NCBI GenBank assembly: GCA_963663405.2
Contig: CAXXSM010000115.1
Span: forward strand, 1 to 27,710
DNA: 27,710 bases
Origin: a bacterium
GTDB lineage: Bacteria > Hinthialibacterota > Hinthialibacteria > Hinthialibacterales > Hinthialibacteraceae
Direction: 5' to 3'
The notes under the pieces are model-generated. The model searched no databases. It was not told the DNA's origin and worked only from the letters and a program-made list of their open reading frames with translations. Position numbers and translations under genes: made by a program. Below, in pieces: positions 1 through 7,581 of this stretch (its first letter is position 1; each line of letters starts with the position of its first letter).

Positions 1-17
1 GCATTTTGAGAAAAGGC

Positions 18-45
18 TCAAGTCTGGTTCTTTGTTTGCCGATAC
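18..45 (+). promoter_or_regulatory. sigma28 (FliA)-type promoter
   Basis: TCAAG (18-22), N15, GCCGATAC (38-45) resembles the sigma28 consensus TAAA/TCAAG...GCCGATAA and lies upstream of flgM. Confidence 0.6.
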
Positions 46-163
46 TATTAAGGAATAAGAGGGATCGACTTTGAAAAGAGATTGTGATAGCATATGTATC
101 CATATATTTTGTTGTTGATGATGTGTTCTTCAGGGGCAGGGGGCAGTTATAAGGAGTGAGAAA

Positions 164-472
164 ATGGTGGACATTACTGGTATAAACGCAACTCCTCAAC
201 AGGCGAACCGCGTATCGGGCCGGACGGCCAATAAGACGGACGCCGCTAAGAACACAGAAGCGGTATCCGCCGTCAATGGTGGGGATCGCATTGAAATATC
301 CGCCGGCGCCAAAGAGGCGCAAACTGTGCAGAAATTGGTCTCCAGCGCCCAATCGGAACCGGATGTACGCCCCGAAGCGGTAGCCCGCGCAAAAGAACGG
401 CTCGAAAACGGCGAATACGAAGGCGTTGATGTCTCTCGTCAAGCCGCAAAGAATATACTCGGTGTCCTCTAG
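164..472 (+). CDS. flgM: flagellar anti-sigma28 factor FlgM
   Basis: 102 aa; low-complexity N-terminus, 'DRIEIS', 'PDVRPEAVARAKERLENGEY' typical of the FlgM C-terminal domain; RBS AAGGAG upstream. Confidence 0.85.
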   Translation: MVDITGINATPQQANRVSGRTANKTDAAKNTEAVSAVNGGDRIEISAGAKEAQTVQKLVSSAQSEPDVRPEAVARAKERLENGEYEGVDVSRQAAKNILGVL

Positions 473-515
473 AAACTCCTCTCTCCTCACTTATCATTCC
501 GTATTTCTAAACTCA

Positions 516-544
516 TTGACATAATGTACATAATTAAGTAGAAT
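516..544 (+). promoter_or_regulatory. sigma70-type promoter for the helicase gene
   Basis: TTGACA (516-521), N17, TAGAAT (539-544). Confidence 0.7.
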
Positions 545-805
545 ATTCTGTCTGTTATACGAAGAAATTTTCGTGTTATCATTTTGCTGTTAAACAAAAA
601 GTCTCCTGGAAATCATAGAGAAGAATCCTTTTTATTATATCTCCCCTTATTGATCCATTCTCCAGTGACTCGATCGGCGCTTACTCAAGAAGAATGAATA
701 TCTTGTGGCGTATTGCTTATTCCGAATAAAAAGAAGGTTCATCCTGTAATCGGGAATATGGTTTATGGGATAGCCGCGCTGTTTTAACCATTAGAAAAGA
801 GAAAT

Positions 806-2410
806 ATGAACACACAAACGACATTTAAAGACCTTGGACTTTCAGCCAACGTATTGGACGCCATTCATGGGAAGGGATTTGAAGAACCTACCGCGATTCA
901 GGCTTTAACGATTCCTGTGATGCTGCGGGATGATACGAATGTCATCGGGCAGGCGCAAACCGGGACGGGGAAAACCGCGGCGTTTGGATTGCCCTTGATC
1001 GAAATGATCCAGGCCGCATCTAAGACCGTGCAGGCATTAATCCTGGTTCCTACACGGGAATTGGCGATTCAGGTCGCTGAAGAGATCAATTCACTCAAGG
1101 GGAAGAAAGGGATTCAAATCGTTCCAATCTATGGGGGGCAGGCGATTGATCAGCAGTTGCGCCGGTTGAAGAAAGGCGTGCATATCGTCGTTGGGACACC
1201 GGGCCGGATTATCGATCATCTAAAGAGAAAAACGCTCCTGATTGGAAACATCGAGCATTTGATTCTTGATGAGGCGGATGAGATGCTCAATATGGGATTC
1301 ATCGAAGATATTGAAGAAATTATGGAGCACACGAATCCGGCGAAACGAACGTTATTGTTTTCGGCGACGATGCCGGGAAGGATCAAGGATCTTGCGCGTA
1401 AATATATGGAGGGGTATGAATTTCTTTCCGTTAAAAAAGAACCGCTGACAGCGAATCTGACGGAACAAATCTATTTTGAAGTCAAAGCCTCGGACAAATT
1501 TGAGGCGCTCTGCCGGATTATTGATATTGAAGATGAGTTTTATGGCTTGATCTTCTGCCGGACCAAGATTGATGTTGATTCCGTGGTCTCTCATTTAACG
1601 GATCGGGGTTATGACGCCGATGCGATTCATGGCGATATTACGCAAGCGCAGCGGGAGAGAACTCTCGCCAAGTTCAAGAAAAAACAAGTGACAATTCTCG
1701 TCGCGACCGATGTGGCCGCTCGTGGAATTGATGTCATTAACCTGACCCATGTCATCAACTATTCACTCCCTCACGATCCGGATTCCTACATTCACCGGAT
1801 CGGCCGCACGGGCCGGGCGGGGAAGGAGGGGACCGCGATTACGTTTATTACACCGAGTGAGTATGCGAAACTGATGTTTATCCAGCGAATCGCCAAGATG
1901 GATATCAAGAAATCAAAAATCCCCAATGTGAAAGATATTATCAAAGTCAAAAAGAGAAAGATCTATGAGGATCTGACCGCCATTCTTAATGAGGAGATGG
2001 ATGCAAAATATACTGACTGGGCGAAGAGGCTGCTTGAGGATAACGATCCGGTTGATCTCCTCGCGGCGGTGTTAAATTATTCCTTTGAGGAAGAACTCGA
2101 TCCGAGCGCGTATGGAGAGATTCAAGAGTTCGGCGCCCGGGGCGGCGCCAATGGGAAGCCACTCGACCGGCAAGGGCGAACGCGGCTGTTTGTCGCCTTG
2201 GGCAGGAAAGACAAGTTTACCGCCCGGAAATTGGTCGATCTGGTTGCGAGCCGCGTCTCCATTAAGTCGAAAGAGATTAGTGATATCCAGGTCATGGACC
2301 GCTTCTCTTTTATCACCGTCCCGTTTGAAAAAGCGGAACAGATTGTTGTCAGTTTTAAAGAGAAGGGGAAGAAGCCTTTGATTACGCATGTTAAGAAGAA
2401 AAAGAAATGA
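806..2410 (+). CDS. DEAD-box ATP-dependent RNA helicase (DeaD/CshA-like) with C-terminal DbpA-type RNA-binding domain
   Basis: Q motif, AQTGTGKT, PTRELA, TPGR, DEAD, SAT, ARGID, HRIGRTGRAG; C-terminal 'RLFVALGRKD...MDRFSFITVP'. Confidence 0.95.
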   Translation: MNTQTTFKDLGLSANVLDAIHGKGFEEPTAIQALTIPVMLRDDTNVIGQAQTGTGKTAAFGLPLIEMIQAASKTVQALILVPTRELAIQVAEEINSLKGKKGIQIVPIYGGQAIDQQLRRLKKGVHIVVGTPGRIIDHLKRKTLLIGNIEHLILDEADEMLNMGFIEDIEEIMEHTNPAKRTLLFSATMPGRIKDLARKYMEGYEFLSVKKEPLTANLTEQIYFEVKASDKFEALCRIIDIEDEFYGLIFCRTKIDVDSVVSHLTDRGYDADAIHGDITQAQRERTLAKFKKKQVTILVATDVAARGIDVINLTHVINYSLPHDPDSYIHRIGRTGRAGKEGTAITFITPSEYAKLMFIQRIAKMDIKKSKIPNVKDIIKVKKRKIYEDLTAILNEEMDAKYTDWAKRLLEDNDPVDLLAAVLNYSFEEELDPSAYGEIQEFGARGGANGKPLDRQGRTRLFVALGRKDKFTARKLVDLVASRVSIKSKEISDIQVMDRFSFITVPFEKAEQIVVSFKEKGKKPLITHVKKKKK

Positions 2411-2438
2411 TGGTGTTGATTGTGTGTGATTGATTTTG

Positions 2439-2470
2439 CCCCTTGGTCTTTGATTGAGGGGTTTTTGTTT
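2439..2470 (+). terminator. probable intrinsic terminator
   Basis: stem CCCCTTGGTC/GATTGAGGGG (with G-U pairs) followed by TTTTTGTTT, just after the helicase stop. Confidence 0.6.
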
Positions 2471-2583
2471 GACATATCACCAATGATCTCTTAGAATTAT
2501 CATTGCAAGAAGAAGTTTTATGTTCGGCGCCGTTGAGAAGTATTGAATTATCGTAAATCACTAGATTTTGAGATAGAAAAATA

Positions 2584-2790
2584 ATGAAAAACCTCGATAT
2601 AGAGAAAATGAGTGTCACGGAACGTCTTCAAGCGATGGAGGCTCTTTGGGATTCGTTTCTTCGGGAAGAGGTTGAATTGGAGTCTCCTGATTGGCATCGG
2701 GGGATTATTGATGAGAGGCGGAGTAGGATTGAGAACGGTGAGGGGGAGTTTATTTCTCTTGAGGAGTTGAGGGCGAGCCGTGAATTGTGA
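2584..2790 (+). CDS. addiction-module antitoxin (TIGR02574-like)
   Basis: 'MSVTERLQAMEALWDS...SPDWH...ERRSRIENG..FISLEE' pattern; stop overlaps the next GTG start. Confidence 0.8.
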   Translation: MKNLDIEKMSVTERLQAMEALWDSFLREEVELESPDWHRGIIDERRSRIENGEGEFISLEELRASREL

Positions 2791-3077
2791 AGATTAGAAA
2801 GGTTGTTTCATTAACAGAAGTTGTTGGCGATCTGAACGACGGAAGGGCCTTTTACGATAAAAGAGGAGCGGGTGTAGGTGATTACTTTTGGGAAAGTATA
2901 ATCACCGATATTGAATCTCTTCGAATCTATGCGGGTAATCATACTAGAAAGTATGCTCTTTACTATCTGCTTGCCAAACGATTTTCTGATGTCATTTATC
3001 ACAAAATAAATGATGATGTTGTTTATATTACTGCCATCTTACATATGCACTGTGACCCTGGATGGAAAAAGAAATAA
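2787..3077 (+). CDS. RelE/ParE-family toxin, probably degenerating
   Basis: coupled to the antitoxin; 'DL..G..FY....G.G..F' and 'AILH' ParE-like motifs; the usual KRFPY.IYY appears as KRFSDVIYH. Confidence 0.7.
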   Translation: MKIRKVVSLTEVVGDLNDGRAFYDKRGAGVGDYFWESIITDIESLRIYAGNHTRKYALYYLLAKRFSDVIYHKINDDVVYITAILHMHCDPGWKKK

Positions 3078-3104
3078 CTGGAAGAGAGAAGTGAATTACA
3101 ATAA

Positions 3105-3581
3105 ATGAGGAAGATAATTATGATAGACACCCTATTAGAATATTTACCTGGTATGATAACTGCCATTTTCGCTTCGTACCTTACCGCGAGATGGTCATGG
3201 AAAAAAATTTACTTAGAAAAATGGTGGGAGCGGAAAGAACGGGCATATTCTGAAATTATTGAAATATTATATAGAATCATGCAATATTATCAGGATAAAA
3301 GAGACCACTATGAGGATAAGCGAGAATTATCAGAAGAAAGAGAAAAAGAAATTAATGATCTATATAATGATGACTATTGGAAATTAAAAAAAATAACAGA
3401 TATTGGAGGATTTGTTATTTCAAAAAATGCTGTAAGTATCCTCAAAGATCTAAGAGAACGACCTAAGTTAGATTGGAATGAGAATCCACCGTGGGAAATA
3501 TATGAGCAGGATTATAAATATTATAAACAGGCTTTAGACAAGGTAGTTTCCATCGCAAATAAAGAATTAAAAGCAACATAA
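3105..3581 (+). CDS. hypothetical protein with one N-terminal TM segment
   Basis: 158 aa AT-rich ORF; hydrophobic LPGMITAIFASYLTA followed by EKWWERK and a helical body; start may be ATG 3120. Confidence 0.65.
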   Translation: MRKIIMIDTLLEYLPGMITAIFASYLTARWSWKKIYLEKWWERKERAYSEIIEILYRIMQYYQDKRDHYEDKRELSEEREKEINDLYNDDYWKLKKITDIGGFVISKNAVSILKDLRERPKLDWNENPPWEIYEQDYKYYKQALDKVVSIANKELKAT

Positions 3582-3728
3582 AGTATAGCAATCAAATTTA
3601 AGAGATTACTAATTGAACTTAAAACTAGCATGTTATCAGTAAAAGGAACCAGGATAGTAAAAGGTAATTGAATTTTGCAGAAATGCTATTGTCATGATTT
3701 TATGCGAATATTTTTCTGGAAGTAAACT

Positions 3729-4049
3729 GTGAAGCTAATAGTCATTATTAATCAGGTAGGTAGTGGATATGTATCCCTGTGTCCTGAGTATGATATTGCT
3801 AGTCAGGGCGATACGGTGGAGCAAGCACGTGATCATCTTCGCGAGGCGTTGAAACTTTTCTTTGAAACCGCATCCGATGAAGAGATTAAGCAACGTTTTC
3901 GCGGTGATATTATTGTGACATTCGTTGAAGTGGATTGGACTTCTAAGCAAGAAAATGACTATTTGCTTTCTATCCCTGGTATGCGGGAATCCATTCAGAA
4001 GGGATTGGATACTCCTATTAAGGAATGTAGTAAGAAACTTCATTGGTGA
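3729..4049 (+). CDS. chimeric antitoxin: HicB-like N-terminus fused to a Phd/YefM-type C-terminal tail
   Basis: aa 1-68 are 53/68 identical to HicB at 5222; aa 69-106 'DW..QENDYLLSIPGMRESIQKGLDTPIKECSKKLHW' resemble YefM C-termini. Confidence 0.7.
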   Translation: MKLIVIINQVGSGYVSLCPEYDIASQGDTVEQARDHLREALKLFFETASDEEIKQRFRGDIIVTFVEVDWTSKQENDYLLSIPGMRESIQKGLDTPIKECSKKLHW

Positions 4050-4109
4050 TTTGATGTTATTATTGGATGAATGTATGTTTTGGATTGTAGAGATATAAGG
4101 AATTGTTAT

Positions 4110-4958
4110 ATGTTCAATAAATTAAAAGAAATCAACTCGCGGCCTGCTCCTTTTTCAGTGTATACCGCACAAGAATTGTGGGCGAATGAGCATACTTCGA
4201 TGAAGATGTTGACTTATCATTTGAATGAATCGCTCGATCTTTCTTCGCGGAACAAAGGTTTTATTGGACGGTCTGTGGAGTGGATTGTTTCGCGTTTTGG
4301 GATTGGGGAGGATTTTTGTGTTGCGGATTTTGGGTGTGGGCCGGGGTTGTATACGACTCCGTTCGCTGAAAGTGGGGCGGATGTAACCGGGATTGATTTT
4401 TCGGAACGGTCGATTCGTTATGCGGGCGATGTGGCTGCGCGGAAGGGATTGGATATCGACTATGTGTTGATGAATTATCTTGAGTTTGAGACGGAGAAGC
4501 GGTTCGATCTGATTACGATGATCTTTTGTGATTTCTGCGCGTTAAGTCCGGCGCAGCGGAAAGTATTGCTTGGTAAGTTTCATCAATTCCTGAAACCTGG
4601 CGGTTCTGTGCTATTGGATGTTCATTCTTTGAATATGTACAATAACCGGGAAGAAGCCGCGACGTTCGAACGCAATCAGATGGATCATTTCTGGTCGGAG
4701 GATGAGTATTTTGCTTTTCTGAATCTATTCAAATATGAAGACGAGAAAGTCACTCTTGATAAATATACGATAATCGAAGAATCACGAACACGCGTTATTT
4801 ATAACTGGCTGCAGTATTTCAGCCGGGATTCGTTGCGAAATGAGTTGGAAGAGAATGGATTCCGGGTGGATGCGTTTTATTCGGATGTCGCTGGCGCTCC
4901 ATTTTCAGAGGATTCGCTTGATATTGCTGTTGTGGCGAAGAAGATGGGGGATGTTTGA
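4110..4958 (+). CDS. class I SAM-dependent methyltransferase
   Basis: VADFGCGPG motif I, GIDFS, FDLI, LKPGG; ATG 4110 preferred (AAGGA upstream); the ORF extends back to 4071. Confidence 0.9.
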   Translation: MFNKLKEINSRPAPFSVYTAQELWANEHTSMKMLTYHLNESLDLSSRNKGFIGRSVEWIVSRFGIGEDFCVADFGCGPGLYTTPFAESGADVTGIDFSERSIRYAGDVAARKGLDIDYVLMNYLEFETEKRFDLITMIFCDFCALSPAQRKVLLGKFHQFLKPGGSVLLDVHSLNMYNNREEAATFERNQMDHFWSEDEYFAFLNLFKYEDEKVTLDKYTIIEESRTRVIYNWLQYFSRDSLRNELEENGFRVDAFYSDVAGAPFSEDSLDIAVVAKKMGDV

Positions 4959-5002
4959 GAAGATATTAGAGTATGTTATTCTTGGAACTTGAAGGGGGTT
5001 CA

Positions 5003-5096
5003 TGCCAGGGCAGAAAAAAGCCTTGCCCTGGGCACCCGGCCGGTACTGCCCTGGGCACCCAGCACGAGCGCAGGTACTTGCCCTGGGCGGCCCAGC
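5003..5096. repeat. cluster of short GC-rich palindromic repeats (REP-like)
   Basis: TGCCCTGGGCACCC at 5024 and 5047, TGCCCTGGGC at 5079, inverted TGCCAGGGCA at 5003; core TGCCC-W-GGGCA is palindromic. Confidence 0.65.
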
Positions 5097-5221
5097 TTAT
5101 CAATTTAACTTAATAAGCTGACCAGCCTCTGCTATACTATTTTCCGCATTACTTTTGGTATTCTCTTACACAAAAAAGTGTCTTTAATAGAACTTGCTTT
5201 TCGGTAAGTGGGAGGAATATT

Positions 5222-5437
5222 ATGAAACTAACGGCGATTATTGAACAGGAAGGCAGTGGCTATGTTTCACTGTGTCCTGAATTGGATATTGCCAGCCAGG
5301 GAGATACGGTTGAAGGCGCGCGGGATAATCTGCAAGAGGCGTTGCAACTGTTTTTTGAAACCGCTTCCACCGAAGAGATCAAGCGACGGCTTCATGGCGA
5401 TATCTTTGTCACACAGGTTGAGGTAGCCGTTGAATAA
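5222..5437 (+). CDS. hicB: HicB-family antitoxin (short form, no DNA-binding domain)
   Basis: 'GYVSLCPELDIASQGDTVE.A..NL.EAL.LF' HicB signature; RBS GGAGG. Confidence 0.85.
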   Translation: MKLTAIIEQEGSGYVSLCPELDIASQGDTVEGARDNLQEALQLFFETASTEEIKRRLHGDIFVTQVEVAVE

Positions 5438-5651
5438 GTTACAGATCTTATCTGGTCAAGAGATTTGTTCCATCTTGGCAAGGCATGGCTTTGCAGAAGC
5501 GCGCCGGCGGGGCAGTCATATCTTGATGCAGAAGAAGACCGGCCAAGGAACAATAACAGTTCCTGTTCCCGATCATGATGCAATAAAGATGGGTACGCTG
5601 CAATCTATTATCCGCCAGTCAAGAATCCCGCGAAGTGAGTTTGAATCATAA
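5430..5651 (+). CDS. hicA: HicA-family toxin (mRNA interferase)
   Basis: 'GF...RRRGSH..M...TVPVPDH..I..GTL.SI' HicA signature; TTG start overlaps the end of hicB. Confidence 0.85.
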   Translation: MNKLQILSGQEICSILARHGFAEARRRGSHILMQKKTGQGTITVPVPDHDAIKMGTLQSIIRQSRIPRSEFES

Positions 5652-5826
5652 CTTTTATATGATTAGAAAAAGTACGATTCGATTCATGAATATGCGCCGG
5701 GAATTCAATCCGCGACTATTTTCCCTTGCGTAAAATAATTTCTTGTTAAATTGGGGCGCCTGTGTTGTCCTATGGGGGTGGTTTGTTATAGACTGAGGGT
5801 ACTTTGGATTGGAAGGAGAGATTGTT

Positions 5827-7566
5827 ATGAAGATTCGAGTTCGTTTGATTCAGTTGAGTTTGCTTTCTTTTCTTTGTTTGTTTCTCGTTGGAATTGGATC
5901 GGCTGAGGAGTATGAGTATACCGTTCAGGAAGATGTGATGATTCCTATGAGCGATGGGGTGAACCTGTCGGCGAATATCTTTCTTCCGAAAGCCGATGGG
6001 CCGTTTCCTGCGATTTTGATGCGAACGCCCTATAACAAAGGTGGGGCGGATAATGGGGGAGCGATTTTCTATGCGAAACGGGGGTACGCGTATATAACGC
6101 AGGATTGCCGGGGGCGGTTCGATTCGGAAGGGGTATGGGATCCGTTCCGGTATGATGGGAAGGATGGTTTCGAGACGCAGGAATGGGTCGGGAAGCAATC
6201 CTGGTGTGATGGGAATATCGGCATGTCAGGTGGATCGTATGTCGGTTTCACGCAATGGATCAGCGCGCCCTATGGCAGCAAGTATTTAAAGACCATCGTT
6301 CCCGTGGTGCCTCCGACCGATGTTTACTATCATGCGATCTATAGCAGCGGCGCTTTTCAGCTGGGGCTATCGATGGGATGGGGCGCGCTTGTGAGCTTGC
6401 GGCCGGGGGAAACACCTCCGGAAATCGATTGGGATAAAGCGTATCGCCATCTGCCATTAAATAAATGGGATGAAGCGTTTGGGAAAGAAGTGTTTTATCT
6501 GCGGGACTGGGTGGCGCATCCATCGTATGATGAGTATTGGAAAGCGCGGGGGATTGGGGATCGCTATTGTGATGTTACGATTCCCGTATTGAACATCGGT
6601 GGCTGGTACGACATTTTTTCCAGGGATACACTCGAACAAGTGAACCGCGTGCGGCATGAATCGAAAAACCGGTTCGCCCGGCGCAATCAATTCGTCATCA
6701 TGGGACCTTGGGCGCATGGGGGGGATCAGCGGAAAGTCGGCGAAATCGATTTTAGTGAAAACGCCCGTTTTGACCGTAACGACACACAATTTAAATGGTT
6801 TGAATATTGGCTGCGGAACCAAGAGACCGGCGTGGAGGATTGGCCACCGGTCAATATTTTCGTCATGGGGGAAAACCAGTGGCGCGCGGAGAATGAATGG
6901 CCGCTCAAACGAACGGAATTCACGAACTACTATATCCACAGCGAGGGGGATGCGAATTCTAGCAACGGCGATGGGATTCTCAATACAACGGCTCCTTTAA
7001 AGGAAGAGAGCGACACATTTGAGTACGATCCAAACAATCCCGTTCCATCGAAGGGGGGCAACAATTTGATGGGCGCTCCAGCGGGGCCCTACGATCAGAG
7101 TGAGTTGGAAGAGCGGGAGGATATATTAGTGTTTACCAGTGAGCCGCTGGAAGAGAAATTGGAAGTGACGGGGCCGGTCAAGATGATTCTTCATGCGTCC
7201 AGTTCGGCGAAGGATACGGATTTCACGGCTAAATTGGTCGACGTTCACCCTGATGGGAAAGCTTATAATCTCTGCGATGGAATTGCGCGGGCGCGGTACC
7301 GTGAATCGTTGACTGATCCTAACTTAATTGAACCGGGGAAGGTGTACCGGTATACGATCGACATGTGGGTTACGAGCAATGTGTTTCTTCCGGGGCATCG
7401 GATCCGGCTGGAGGTATCCAGCAGCAATTTCCCGCGATTTGACCGCAATCCAAACAGCGGTAAGCCTTTTGGGTCGGATACCGAACTGTTGAAGGCCGAT
7501 CAGATGATTTTACATAACGCGGATCATCCATCGCATTTGATCCTGCCTGTGATCCCGAGAAAGTGA
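5827..7566 (+). CDS. secreted CocE/NonD-family alpha/beta hydrolase (X-Pro dipeptidyl-peptidase-like)
   Basis: signal peptide; RTPY, GGSYVG nucleophile, GGWYD, GPWAHG, SSSNFPRFDRNPN; ATG 5827 follows GAAGGAGAG. Confidence 0.92.
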   Translation: MKIRVRLIQLSLLSFLCLFLVGIGSAEEYEYTVQEDVMIPMSDGVNLSANIFLPKADGPFPAILMRTPYNKGGADNGGAIFYAKRGYAYITQDCRGRFDSEGVWDPFRYDGKDGFETQEWVGKQSWCDGNIGMSGGSYVGFTQWISAPYGSKYLKTIVPVVPPTDVYYHAIYSSGAFQLGLSMGWGALVSLRPGETPPEIDWDKAYRHLPLNKWDEAFGKEVFYLRDWVAHPSYDEYWKARGIGDRYCDVTIPVLNIGGWYDIFSRDTLEQVNRVRHESKNRFARRNQFVIMGPWAHGGDQRKVGEIDFSENARFDRNDTQFKWFEYWLRNQETGVEDWPPVNIFVMGENQWRAENEWPLKRTEFTNYYIHSEGDANSSNGDGILNTTAPLKEESDTFEYDPNNPVPSKGGNNLMGAPAGPYDQSELEEREDILVFTSEPLEEKLEVTGPVKMILHASSSAKDTDFTAKLVDVHPDGKAYNLCDGIARARYRESLTDPNLIEPGKVYRYTIDMWVTSNVFLPGHRIRLEVSSSNFPRFDRNPNSGKPFGSDTELLKADQMILHNADHPSHLILPVIPRK

Positions 7567-7581
7567 TGGAATGGAATCTAT

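Noticed and set aside
4046-4070. yoeB remnant after the YefM-like tail (GTG ATT TGA)
   Set aside because: Only a start-like overlap followed by an immediate stop; too little sequence to support.
2584-5760. integron cassette array (attC sites)
   Set aside because: No convincing RYYYAAC...GTTRRRY paired boxes after the ORFs and no integrase in the window.
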